This document shows positions 1 to 8,110 of a DNA stretch of 64,000 bases, piece after piece; the stretch's first letter is position 1, and each line of letters opens with the position of its first letter. The DNA comes from an uncultured Armatimonadetes bacterium. GTDB lineage: Bacteria; Armatimonadota; UBA5829; DTJY01. The notes below the pieces were generated by a model, which worked only from the letters and a program-made list of their open reading frames with translations, was not told where the DNA came from and ran no database searches. The stretch is from contig OY970325.1 of NCBI GenBank assembly GCA_963717145.1, positions 3,424,001 to 3,488,000 of the forward strand, given 5' to 3'. Both the position numbers and the translations under genes were made by a program.

Positions 1-1
1 C

Positions 2-508
2 TGGCCGATCGAGCTGGCGGTCTGGGGGCTGACCATCGTGCGCGGCGGTGGGACGACCATCTGGCCGCAGGAGCCGTTCGTCTCGCACGACGACGAGCTG
101 CTCCCCGCACGGTCGATGACTCTCTGGGGCTACACGGACATGAGCGACCCGCGCTATCGATTCGGCAAGAAGTACGTCACCCTTAGCACCGACTCGAAGC
201 TGAAGTTCCCGCAGAAGATCGGCGTGGCGAACAAGCAGGGCTGGGCGGCATATCAGCTCGGCGATCTGCTCTTCGTCAAGCGGTTCCCATATGTGGAGGG
301 CGCGAAGTACCCGGATTCCGGCTGCAATTTCGAGACGTATACCGACGGCGACTTCATGGAGGTCGAGGACCTCGGGCCGCTGACGATGCTGGATCCCGGC
401 GAGAGCGTCACCAACGTCGAGCACTGGTATCTCTTCAAGGACGTGAAGCCCTCGAAGGACGACGCGGCGATCGATGCCAACATCCTGCCGCTCGTCAAGA
501 AGACGTAG
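2..508 (+). CDS. 5'-truncated hypothetical protein (DUF4380/aldose-epimerase-like C-terminus)
   Basis: Frame is open from the window edge (WPIELAVWGLTIVRGGG...) to TAG at 508. YPDSGCNFETYT and EVEDLGPL..L.PGE..EHW motifs. Confidence 0.55.
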   Translation, partial: WPIELAVWGLTIVRGGGTTIWPQEPFVSHDDELLPARSMTLWGYTDMSDPRYRFGKKYVTLSTDSKLKFPQKIGVANKQGWAAYQLGDLLFVKRFPYVEGAKYPDSGCNFETYTDGDFMEVEDLGPLTMLDPGESVTNVEHWYLFKDVKPSKDDAAIDANILPLVKKT

Positions 509-524
509 ATAGGCGGAATCCCCG

Positions 525-591
525 GTAGATCCTGAATCAAGTTCAGGATGACAACCATACGCTGTCATCCTGAACTCGATTCAGGATCTAC
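525..591. repeat. Palindromic element, GTCATCCTGAAC..TTCAGGATC family
   Basis: 29-bp inverted arms with 1 mismatch around a 9-nt loop. Related copy at 19573-19637. Confidence 0.9.
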
Positions 592-610
592 GAGGTTCCC
601 GCGCTTCCGA

Positions 611-663
611 CGATCTCAGGCGACTCCGTCGCCGGCGGCCGGCGACGGAGTCGCCTGAGATCG
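611..663. repeat. Perfect 25-bp-stem hairpin, copy 1
   Basis: cgatctcaggcgactccgtcgccgg-cgg-ccggcgacggagtcgcctgagatcg. Identical core at 2254-2306. Confidence 0.95.
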
Positions 664-693
664 ATAGGGCATCGCACTCCAAAGGAGCAACAC

Positions 694-2223
694 ATGAACA
701 GACGAGATTTCCTCAGGACGGGGCTGATGGCCGGGGCATTCGCCGGGCTGTCGAGCGCGCTCCCGGACCTCGCATTCGGCGCGGATGAGACTCAGTACAA
801 CGTGCTCTTCATCGCCGTGGACGACATGCGCACGACGCTGGGATGCTACGGCGCGCCGATCATCAAGACGCCCAATATCGACAAGCTGGCGGCGAGTGGC
901 ACGCTCTTCAACCGCGCCTACTGTCAGCAGGCCGTATGCAGCCCGACGAGGACATCGCTCCTCACGGGATGCAGGCCGGACACCACCAAGGTCTACAACC
1001 TCGAGGACCATTTCCGCAAGTTCATCCCCGATGTGGTCACCCTGCCCCAGCAGTTCAAGGAGCACGGCTACTACTCCGCGGGGTTCAGCAAGATCTACCA
1101 CGGCGGCCTCAACGATCCGGCGTCCTGGTCCGTCCCGCACTGGGTTCCGCAGGCAGCCACCTACCACAAGCCGGAGAGCCTTGCCGCTCAGAAGGACTTG
1201 GCGGACAAACTCAAGGCTCAGGGCAACGCGCGCAAGGACGTGGTAGTCGAGACCGATCCCAAGACTGGCATGCCGCTGAGGATCACTCGGGGCGGGGCCG
1301 CGCTGAAAGGCCCGGCGTGGGAGGACCCCGATGTGGCGGACAATGCGCTTGCGGACGGCATGACCGCGAACGAGGCGATCAAGGCGCTACGTGAGTCGAA
1401 GGACAAGAAGTTCTTCCTGGCGGTCGGATTCCTGAAGCCGCACCTGCCGTTCATCGCGCCGAAGAAGTACTTCGACCTCTACAAGCCCGAGGAGATCAAG
1501 CTCGCGCCGAACCCGGACAAGCCGAAGGACGCCCCCGATGTCGCGTTCACGACCTGGGGCGAGCTTCGGGCCTACACCGACATCCCCGACGTCGGCCCGA
1601 TGGACGACGCTAAGGCGCGCGAACTAATCCGTGCCTACTATGCGGCGTTGAGTTACACCGACGCGCAGATCGGGCGCGTGGTCGACGAACTCGACAGGCT
1701 CGGCCTCCGGGAGAAGACGATCATCGTCCTCTGGGGCGACCACGGCTGGCAGCTCGGCGAGCACAGCATGTGGTGTAAACACACGAACTTCGAGGAAGCG
1801 ACACACGTACCGCTGATCATCAGCGCTCCCGGCCAGAGGAACAGGGGTGCGAAGACCGATGCCCTGGCGGAGTTCGTCGATATCTATCCGACGCTCTGTG
1901 ACCTCGCGGGCATTCCCACGCCGTCGACCTGCGAAGGCACGAGCTTCGCGCCGGTCATGAGTGATCCCAAGCGCTCGTGGAAGAAGGCCGCGTTCAGTCA
2001 GTATCCGCGCGCCGGCGGAATCATGGGCTACTCGATGCGGACCGACCGCTATCGGTACACCGAGTGGCAGAAGCAGGGCTCAGACCCGGTCGGCGTCGAG
2101 TTGTACGACTACAAGGCCGATCCGCTCGGCAACGTGAACGTCGCCGGCCTGCCGGAGAACAAGGAGCTTGTGGCGAAACTGAGTCAGCAGCTCAAAGGTG
2201 GTTGGAAAGCGGCGAAGCCGTAG
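694..2223 (+). CDS. Tat-exported sulfatase (iduronate-2-sulfatase-like)
   Basis: MNRRDFL twin-arginine signal, FIAVDD, CSPTR formylglycine motif, GDHG. RBS AAGGAG. Confidence 0.93.
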   Translation: MNRRDFLRTGLMAGAFAGLSSALPDLAFGADETQYNVLFIAVDDMRTTLGCYGAPIIKTPNIDKLAASGTLFNRAYCQQAVCSPTRTSLLTGCRPDTTKVYNLEDHFRKFIPDVVTLPQQFKEHGYYSAGFSKIYHGGLNDPASWSVPHWVPQAATYHKPESLAAQKDLADKLKAQGNARKDVVVETDPKTGMPLRITRGGAALKGPAWEDPDVADNALADGMTANEAIKALRESKDKKFFLAVGFLKPHLPFIAPKKYFDLYKPEEIKLAPNPDKPKDAPDVAFTTWGELRAYTDIPDVGPMDDAKARELIRAYYAALSYTDAQIGRVVDELDRLGLREKTIIVLWGDHGWQLGEHSMWCKHTNFEEATHVPLIISAPGQRNRGAKTDALAEFVDIYPTLCDLAGIPTPSTCEGTSFAPVMSDPKRSWKKAAFSQYPRAGGIMGYSMRTDRYRYTEWQKQGSDPVGVELYDYKADPLGNVNVAGLPENKELVAKLSQQLKGGWKAAKP

Positions 2224-2245
2224 CCTTGTGGTTTCGGCTGCGGAT

Positions 2246-2314
2246 TCTGACAACGATCTCAGGCGACTCCGTCGCCGGCGGCCGGCGACGGAGTCGCCTG
2301 AGATCGTTGTCAGA
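2246..2314. repeat. Perfect 33-bp-stem hairpin, copy 2
   Basis: Same core as 611-663, extended by tctgacaa/ttgtcaga. Confidence 0.95.
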
Positions 2315-2339
2315 CCTACATAGCATTGGAGGACTTGGA

Positions 2340-3872
2340 GTGTTTACAAGACGGGAGTTCCTGAGAACGAGCCTGATGGCCGGAGCATGCGCGGGGCTGT
2401 CCGGTGTAATGCCGAATCTCGCATTCGGAGCGGATGAGACCCAGTACAACGTGCTGTTCATCGCAGTCGATGATATGCGCACGACCCTGGGATGCTACGG
2501 CGCGCCGATCGTCAAGACGCCGAACATCGACAAGTTGGCGGCAAGTGGCACGCTCTTCAACCGCGCGTACTGCCAGCAGGCGCTCTGCAGCCCAACGCGC
2601 ACGTCGCTGCTCACCGGAAAACGGCCGGACACCACGAAGATCACCAGCCTGGAGGACCACTTCCGCAAGTTCCTGCCGGATACCGTGACGCTCCCTCAGC
2701 ACTTCAAGCAGCACGGCTACTTCACCCAGGGGCTGAGCAAGATATACCACTCCGGGCTCGATGATCCGCAGTCCTGGTCGGTCCCTCACTGGGACCCGAA
2801 GCAAGCCGGCTACCTCAAACCGGAGAGTCTGGCGGCTCGAAAGGAACTCGAGGAGAAGCTCAAGGCCCAGGGCGTGGACTACAAGGAGCACATCCTGGAG
2901 ACCGATCCGAAGACCGGGATGCCGACGAGGATCGACCGGCCGAGTGTCAAGCTCAAAGGCCCTGCCTGGGAGGACCCGGACTGTGCGGACAATGATCTCG
3001 CGGACGGCAGGACCGCGGACAAGGCGATCGAGTGCCTGAGCGAGATCAAGGACAAGCCGTTCTTCCTGGCGGTCGGCTTCCATAAGCCGCACCTGCCGTT
3101 CATCGCGCCGAAGAAGTACTACGATCTGTACGACCCGAAGGCACTGAAGCTCGCGCCGAATCCGTTCCCGCCGACTGATATGCCTGAGGTCGCGTTCTAC
3201 CCGTCATCCGAGATGCGCGGATATACCGACGTACCGGATGTCGGCGATATCGACGACAAGAAGGCCCGCGAGTTGATCCACGCCTACTATGCGTGCGTCA
3301 GTTACACCGATGCCCAGATCGGCAAGGTCATCGGTGAGTTGGAGAGGCTCGGCCTGCGGGACAAGACGATCATCGTGCTCTGGGGCGATCACGGCTGGCA
3401 GCTCGGCGAGCACGACATCTGGTGCAAGCACACGAACTTCGAGGAAGCGACACACGCGCCGCTGATCATCAGTGCGCCGAATCAGAAACACAAGGGCGAC
3501 AAGGCCGAGGGGCTCGCGGAGTTCGTGGACATCTATCCCACCCTCTGCGACCTTGTCGGCCTCCCAATCCCGAAGGACCTCGAGGGCACGAGCCTGACGC
3601 CGCTGATGTCATTCCCGAATCGACCGTGGAAGCGCGCCGCATTCAGCCAGTACCCTCGCCCCAAGGGTGTCATGGGCTACTCGATGCGCACGGATCGGTA
3701 TCGGTACACCGAGTGGATCAAGGAGGGCACCGAGAACGTGGGGACCGAGCTGTACGACTACAAGACCGATCCGCAGGGCAACGTGAACATCGCCCTGAAG
3801 CCGGAGCACAAAGAGCTTGTGGCGAAGATGGCCCAGCAGCTCAAGGACGGCTGGAAGGCAGCGAAACCGTAG
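2340..3872 (+). CDS. Tat-exported sulfatase, paralog of 694-2223
   Basis: GTG start after GGAGG. TRREFL, CSPTR, GDHG. N-terminal part nearly identical to the upstream gene. Confidence 0.92.
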   Translation: MFTRREFLRTSLMAGACAGLSGVMPNLAFGADETQYNVLFIAVDDMRTTLGCYGAPIVKTPNIDKLAASGTLFNRAYCQQALCSPTRTSLLTGKRPDTTKITSLEDHFRKFLPDTVTLPQHFKQHGYFTQGLSKIYHSGLDDPQSWSVPHWDPKQAGYLKPESLAARKELEEKLKAQGVDYKEHILETDPKTGMPTRIDRPSVKLKGPAWEDPDCADNDLADGRTADKAIECLSEIKDKPFFLAVGFHKPHLPFIAPKKYYDLYDPKALKLAPNPFPPTDMPEVAFYPSSEMRGYTDVPDVGDIDDKKARELIHAYYACVSYTDAQIGKVIGELERLGLRDKTIIVLWGDHGWQLGEHDIWCKHTNFEEATHAPLIISAPNQKHKGDKAEGLAEFVDIYPTLCDLVGLPIPKDLEGTSLTPLMSFPNRPWKRAAFSQYPRPKGVMGYSMRTDRYRYTEWIKEGTENVGTELYDYKTDPQGNVNIALKPEHKELVAKMAQQLKDGWKAAKP

Positions 3873-3995
3873 GGGCGGGATTCCACGCCCGCCCACGTGT
3901 AGGAGGGATTTTGGGGGATGGTTCGTGCCCCCTAATCCCGACGGTCGGCGGTCGGGATTAGGGGGCACGAACCATCCCCCAAAATCCCTCCTACA
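3869..3995. repeat. GTAG-type REP plus perfect 45-bp-arm palindrome
   Basis: gtag-gggcggg-attccacg-cccgccc (3869-3894), then arms 3898-3942 and 3951-3995 bounded by GTAG/CTAC. Confidence 0.93.
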
Positions 3996-4014
3996 TAGAT
4001 GGGAGAGAAGCTAT

Positions 4015-5502
4015 ATGCAGAGCAGACGTGAGTTTCTGAAGAGGACCGGTGCGGTTGCCGCCGGGATAGCACTCAGCGGGCTCGAGTGCCTGGCCGCGGA
4101 CTCGGGGCGCAAGCCGAATGTCATCTTCGTCTTCGCGGACCAGTTGAGGTCGCAGGCGCTCGGATGCTATGGAGACAAGCAGGCAAAGACTCCCAACATC
4201 GACAGGCTCGCGTCGCAGGGAGCGCGGTTCACCAACGCCATCAGCACCTGGCCGATATGCTCGCCGTTCCGAGGCATGCTGATGACCGGATGCTACCCGA
4301 TGACGAATGGCGTCATTGCGAACAACATCCCGATCTGGGACGGCCAGACATGCATCGCCGATGTGCTCAAGGCTCAGGGCTACAAGACCGGCTACATCGG
4401 CAAGTGGCACCTCGACGGCGGGATCCCGAATAACCTCCCCGGACGGCGGCTCGGCTTCGATGACTGGATCGGGCCGGCGGGCGAGAAACTGACTACCGCC
4501 GCGGACGGCACGCAGACCTGGAAGCCGGACCTGGAGACCGACGTGGCAATCGGCTACATCAAGAAGAACCAGGACAAGCCGTTCTGCCTCTTCATGTCAT
4601 GGACCCCGCCCCACGATCCCTACATCGCGCCCGACAAGTATATGAAGCAGTTCCCGAAGACCCAGATCGAGTTCCGGCCCAACGTGGCGGAACGCGAGCT
4701 TGTTGACAGAGAACTCGAGAAGCATCCGGTAGGTCCGAATGATCCCGTCGCGAAAGACCGTGCGGAATGGCGGAAGATGCTGGATACGGACGATCTGCTC
4801 CGGGAGTCCCTGTCCGGCTACTATGCGGCGATCCACAGCCTGGACGACTGCATCGGGCGGATCATGAAGGCACTCGACGAGGCGGGAATCGCGGAAGATA
4901 CGATTCTCGTCTTCTCCTCCGACCACGGCGACATGATCGGCTCACACCGAATGTGCCTGAAGCAGGAACCTTTCGAGGAGTCGATCAACATCCCGTTCAT
5001 CGTCCGCTATCCCCAGCGCATCCCCAAGGGCACGGTCACCGATGGAATCGTCTCGCCGATCGACATGATGCCCACTCTGCTCGGTCTTGCCGGAGCACCG
5101 ATCCCGAAGAGCGTCGAGGGCATCAGCCTCGCCGACGCGGCTGAGGGCAAGCGGTCGAATCAGCAGGATGCAGTGCTCCTGATGAAGATGGTCCCGGGAG
5201 GCATGCCGTGGATGTGCAACGCGGCCACTCCCTGGCGAGGGGTCCGCACCAAGACGCACACGTACGCCCGCCTGGCCGACGGCGGCCCGTGGGTGCTCTA
5301 CGACAACAGGAACGATCCGTATCAGATGAAGAACCTGGTGAACGACCCGGCGCACAACGCGCTCCGGGACGAGATGGAAGCGAAAATGCAGGCGCTCCTG
5401 GAGAAGGCACACGACCCGTTCGATGCGGACAAGATCAAGAAGGAGATCGCCAAGAAGAGCAAGACGCGCCTGAAGTACAGCGCAAGGAAGCAGAAGGAAT
5501 AA
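4015..5502 (+). CDS. Tat-exported sulfatase
   Basis: MQSRREFL, FADQ, CSPFR, GYIGKWHL, SDHG. Confidence 0.92.
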   Translation: MQSRREFLKRTGAVAAGIALSGLECLAADSGRKPNVIFVFADQLRSQALGCYGDKQAKTPNIDRLASQGARFTNAISTWPICSPFRGMLMTGCYPMTNGVIANNIPIWDGQTCIADVLKAQGYKTGYIGKWHLDGGIPNNLPGRRLGFDDWIGPAGEKLTTAADGTQTWKPDLETDVAIGYIKKNQDKPFCLFMSWTPPHDPYIAPDKYMKQFPKTQIEFRPNVAERELVDRELEKHPVGPNDPVAKDRAEWRKMLDTDDLLRESLSGYYAAIHSLDDCIGRIMKALDEAGIAEDTILVFSSDHGDMIGSHRMCLKQEPFEESINIPFIVRYPQRIPKGTVTDGIVSPIDMMPTLLGLAGAPIPKSVEGISLADAAEGKRSNQQDAVLLMKMVPGGMPWMCNAATPWRGVRTKTHTYARLADGGPWVLYDNRNDPYQMKNLVNDPAHNALRDEMEAKMQALLEKAHDPFDADKIKKEIAKKSKTRLKYSARKQKE

Positions 5503-5505
5503 CAG

Positions 5506-7008
5506 ATGCAGACACGACGCGAGTTTCTGAAGAAGACAGGCGCGGTTGCCGCCGGAATGGCCATTGGCGGCGCACTCGGAGGACTGGAGTGCCTGGCCGC
5601 CGAGCCGAAACGCAAGCCGAACGTCGTGTTCGTCTTCGCGGACCAACTGCGAGCTCAGGCGGTCGGATGCTATGGTGACAAGCAGGCCCGCACGCCGAAT
5701 ATCGACAAGCTGGCGGCGGAGGGCGCCCGATTCACCAACGCCATCAGCACGTGGCCGGTATGCTCGCCGTTCAGGGCGATGCTGCTCACCGGACGCTATC
5801 CGATGTCGAACGGCGTCGTCTACAACGACCTGCCGATCTGGGACGGCCAGACCTCGATCGCCGACGCGCTCAAGGCACAGGGCTACGAGACCGGCTACAT
5901 CGGCAAGTGGCATCTCGATGGCGGGGTCCCCAATACCCTGCCCGGACGCCGGCTCGGATTCGAGCATTGGATGGGGCCGGTGGGAGAGACGCTGGCCACA
6001 TCCGCCGACGGCAAACAGACATGGAAGCCCGACGGCCAGACCGACGCGGCGATCAAGTATATCGAGTCCAACAAGGACAAACCGTTCTGCCTCTTCATGT
6101 CCTGGAACCCGCCGCACAATCCATATATCGCTCCCGACAAGTATATGAAGCTCTTCCCGAAGGACAAGATAGAGTTCAGGCCCAACGTCGCTGAGCGGGC
6201 ACTCGTCGATGAGCAGCTCAAGAAACATCCAATACAGCCGGGCTCGGAGAAGAACCGAGTGGACTGGCGTAGGACCATCGACACCGACGATGAACTGCGG
6301 GAGATCCTTGCGGGCTACTACGCGGCGACGCACGGCATCGATGCCTGCGTGGGGCGCATCATGAAGGCGCTCGACGACCTCGGGATCGCGGACGACACGA
6401 TCCTGGTATTCAGCTCCGACCATGGCGACATGATCGGCTCGCACCGGATGTGTCTCAAGCAGGAGCCGTTCGAGGAGTCAATCGGCATCCCATTCGTCGT
6501 GCGCTATCCGCGCAGGATACCGAAGGGCACCGTGACCGACGGCCTCCTCAGGCCGATGGACATGATGCCGACGCTGCTCGGACTGGCGGGCGCTCCGATA
6601 CCGTCCGGCGTCGAGGGAATCAGCCTCGCCGACGCGGCTCTCGGCAAGCGGTCCGATCAGCAGGACGCGGTCCTCCTCATGAAGATGCAGCCCGGGGGCG
6701 GCCCGTGGGTCATCAATGCGGCGACCCCATGGCGAGGCGTCCGCACCAAGACTCACACGTATGCGCGCCTCGAAGACGGCGGCCCGTGGATCCTCTATGA
6801 CAACAAGAACGATCCGTATCAGATGAAGAACCTGGTGAACGATCCGGCGCATAAGGCACTTCAAGACGAGATGGAAGCGACAATGCAGGCGCTCCTCAAG
6901 AAGGCGCACGACCCGTTCGACTCGACAGGGATCGCGAAGGAGATCGCCCAGAAGAGCAAGACGAACCTGAACGTCCAGCCGAAGAAACCGGCGGCCGGCG
7001 CGGGGTAA
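5506..7008 (+). CDS. Tat-exported sulfatase, paralog of 4015-5502
   Basis: MQTRREFL, CSPFR, GKWHL, SDHG. Colinear with the upstream gene. Confidence 0.92.
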   Translation: MQTRREFLKKTGAVAAGMAIGGALGGLECLAAEPKRKPNVVFVFADQLRAQAVGCYGDKQARTPNIDKLAAEGARFTNAISTWPVCSPFRAMLLTGRYPMSNGVVYNDLPIWDGQTSIADALKAQGYETGYIGKWHLDGGVPNTLPGRRLGFEHWMGPVGETLATSADGKQTWKPDGQTDAAIKYIESNKDKPFCLFMSWNPPHNPYIAPDKYMKLFPKDKIEFRPNVAERALVDEQLKKHPIQPGSEKNRVDWRRTIDTDDELREILAGYYAATHGIDACVGRIMKALDDLGIADDTILVFSSDHGDMIGSHRMCLKQEPFEESIGIPFVVRYPRRIPKGTVTDGLLRPMDMMPTLLGLAGAPIPSGVEGISLADAALGKRSDQQDAVLLMKMQPGGGPWVINAATPWRGVRTKTHTYARLEDGGPWILYDNKNDPYQMKNLVNDPAHKALQDEMEATMQALLKKAHDPFDSTGIAKEIAQKSKTNLNVQPKKPAAGAG

Positions 7009-7011
7009 CCG

Positions 7012-7698
7012 ATGCGCTGTCTGGTGATTCTCATGCTGGTGGTCATGGCGATGAGCGCCGAGAAACCGGTGACCGTCAAGCTCGACAAGGATACCCACCG
7101 CGTCGAGTGGCTTCACCGCGAGAAGTGGGACGCCAAGTGGGCCTCGCGGTGGGTCGTCGAGGGCGACGCCGAGGTCAAGGTCAAGGACGGCATGCTGTGG
7201 GTGCAGTCGCTCGATCCGTCCAAGCCGAAAGCCGCCACCATCTGGTACAAAGAGGACCTGCCGGATAACGTCATCGTCCGCTTCAAGGCGAAGGTGCTGC
7301 CTCCCGAGGAGCAGAACGCCGCGAACCTGAACGTGTTCCTCCACGCCCGCGAGCTTGACGGGAAGCCGCTCAGGTTCGGGCGGTCAGGCGCGTACACGGA
7401 CTACCACAAGATCCCCAACTACATCGTCACGCTCACCGGCGGCGTCCAGCCCGGTTGGAGCAGAGTGCGCCGAGACCCGGGCTTCGACATGATCCACGAG
7501 TCGGAGGTCCGCTCGGAGGTCGGCAAGGAATACGAGATCGCGGTCACGGTGCAGAAAGGGCGGATCCGCTACTACCTCAACGGCCGCCTGTGCCACGATG
7601 TTACCGATCCGAAGCCGCTCAAGGGTGGGAAGTTCGCCCTCCGCACCTGGAGCACGAACGCCTGCTGGGATGACATCGAGATCGGCCGGCTGAAGTGA
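7012..7698 (+). CDS. Secreted concanavalin-A-like protein (DUF1961/DUF6250-like)
   Basis: Signal peptide. NLNVF..A, RSGAY..YH, DP.PLKGGKFALRT pattern. 3 nt from the upstream stop. Confidence 0.6.
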   Translation: MRCLVILMLVVMAMSAEKPVTVKLDKDTHRVEWLHREKWDAKWASRWVVEGDAEVKVKDGMLWVQSLDPSKPKAATIWYKEDLPDNVIVRFKAKVLPPEEQNAANLNVFLHARELDGKPLRFGRSGAYTDYHKIPNYIVTLTGGVQPGWSRVRRDPGFDMIHESEVRSEVGKEYEIAVTVQKGRIRYYLNGRLCHDVTDPKPLKGGKFALRTWSTNACWDDIEIGRLK

Positions 7699-7720
7699 GA
7701 CTGTGCACGCAGATGGGAGC

Positions 7721-8110
7721 ATGTCGATGACAGACGAGACCATCGGGAAGGTCTTTGTCGCAGCAATCGTTCTGATATTGCTCGTCACGTTCAACAAGTG
7801 GCGGCCATTCCTGCAGGACTACCGGTTTACCGGCGAGGGAATCGATATCGTGATACTGGGAGGCTCGGTGAGGGTGTTTCGCATCTGGAGGAAGAACATC
7901 CGAAACGCTTCGGTTGTTTCCATGTTCAGGTCCCCTCCGTGGCCCGTCCTGGGTTGGTGTGGTCTGGCCAACCGCTTGACAACCAGGTTGCTGTGGATCA
8001 GGACGACCGGGATTACATCATATATCCTGACTCCTGCCGATCGTGAGGCTGCGCTTGAGGCGCTCGGTTTCCGTCCTGAGAGTCACGGCGGGCGTTCACG
8101 ACGACGATAG
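7721..8110 (+). CDS. Hypothetical membrane protein
   Basis: N-terminal hydrophobic helix. GGGAG before the ATG. Confidence 0.5.
   Translation: MSMTDETIGKVFVAAIVLILLVTFNKWRPFLQDYRFTGEGIDIVILGGSVRVFRIWRKNIRNASVVSMFRSPPWPVLGWCGLANRLTTRLLWIRTTGITSYILTPADREAALEALGFRPESHGGRSRRR

Noticed and set aside
1977-2339. N-terminal ORF extensions (also from 3817, 14609, 34465, 52521 and 54094)
   Set aside because: They run through palindromes or upstream genes. Downstream starts have an RBS, translational coupling or a signal peptide.
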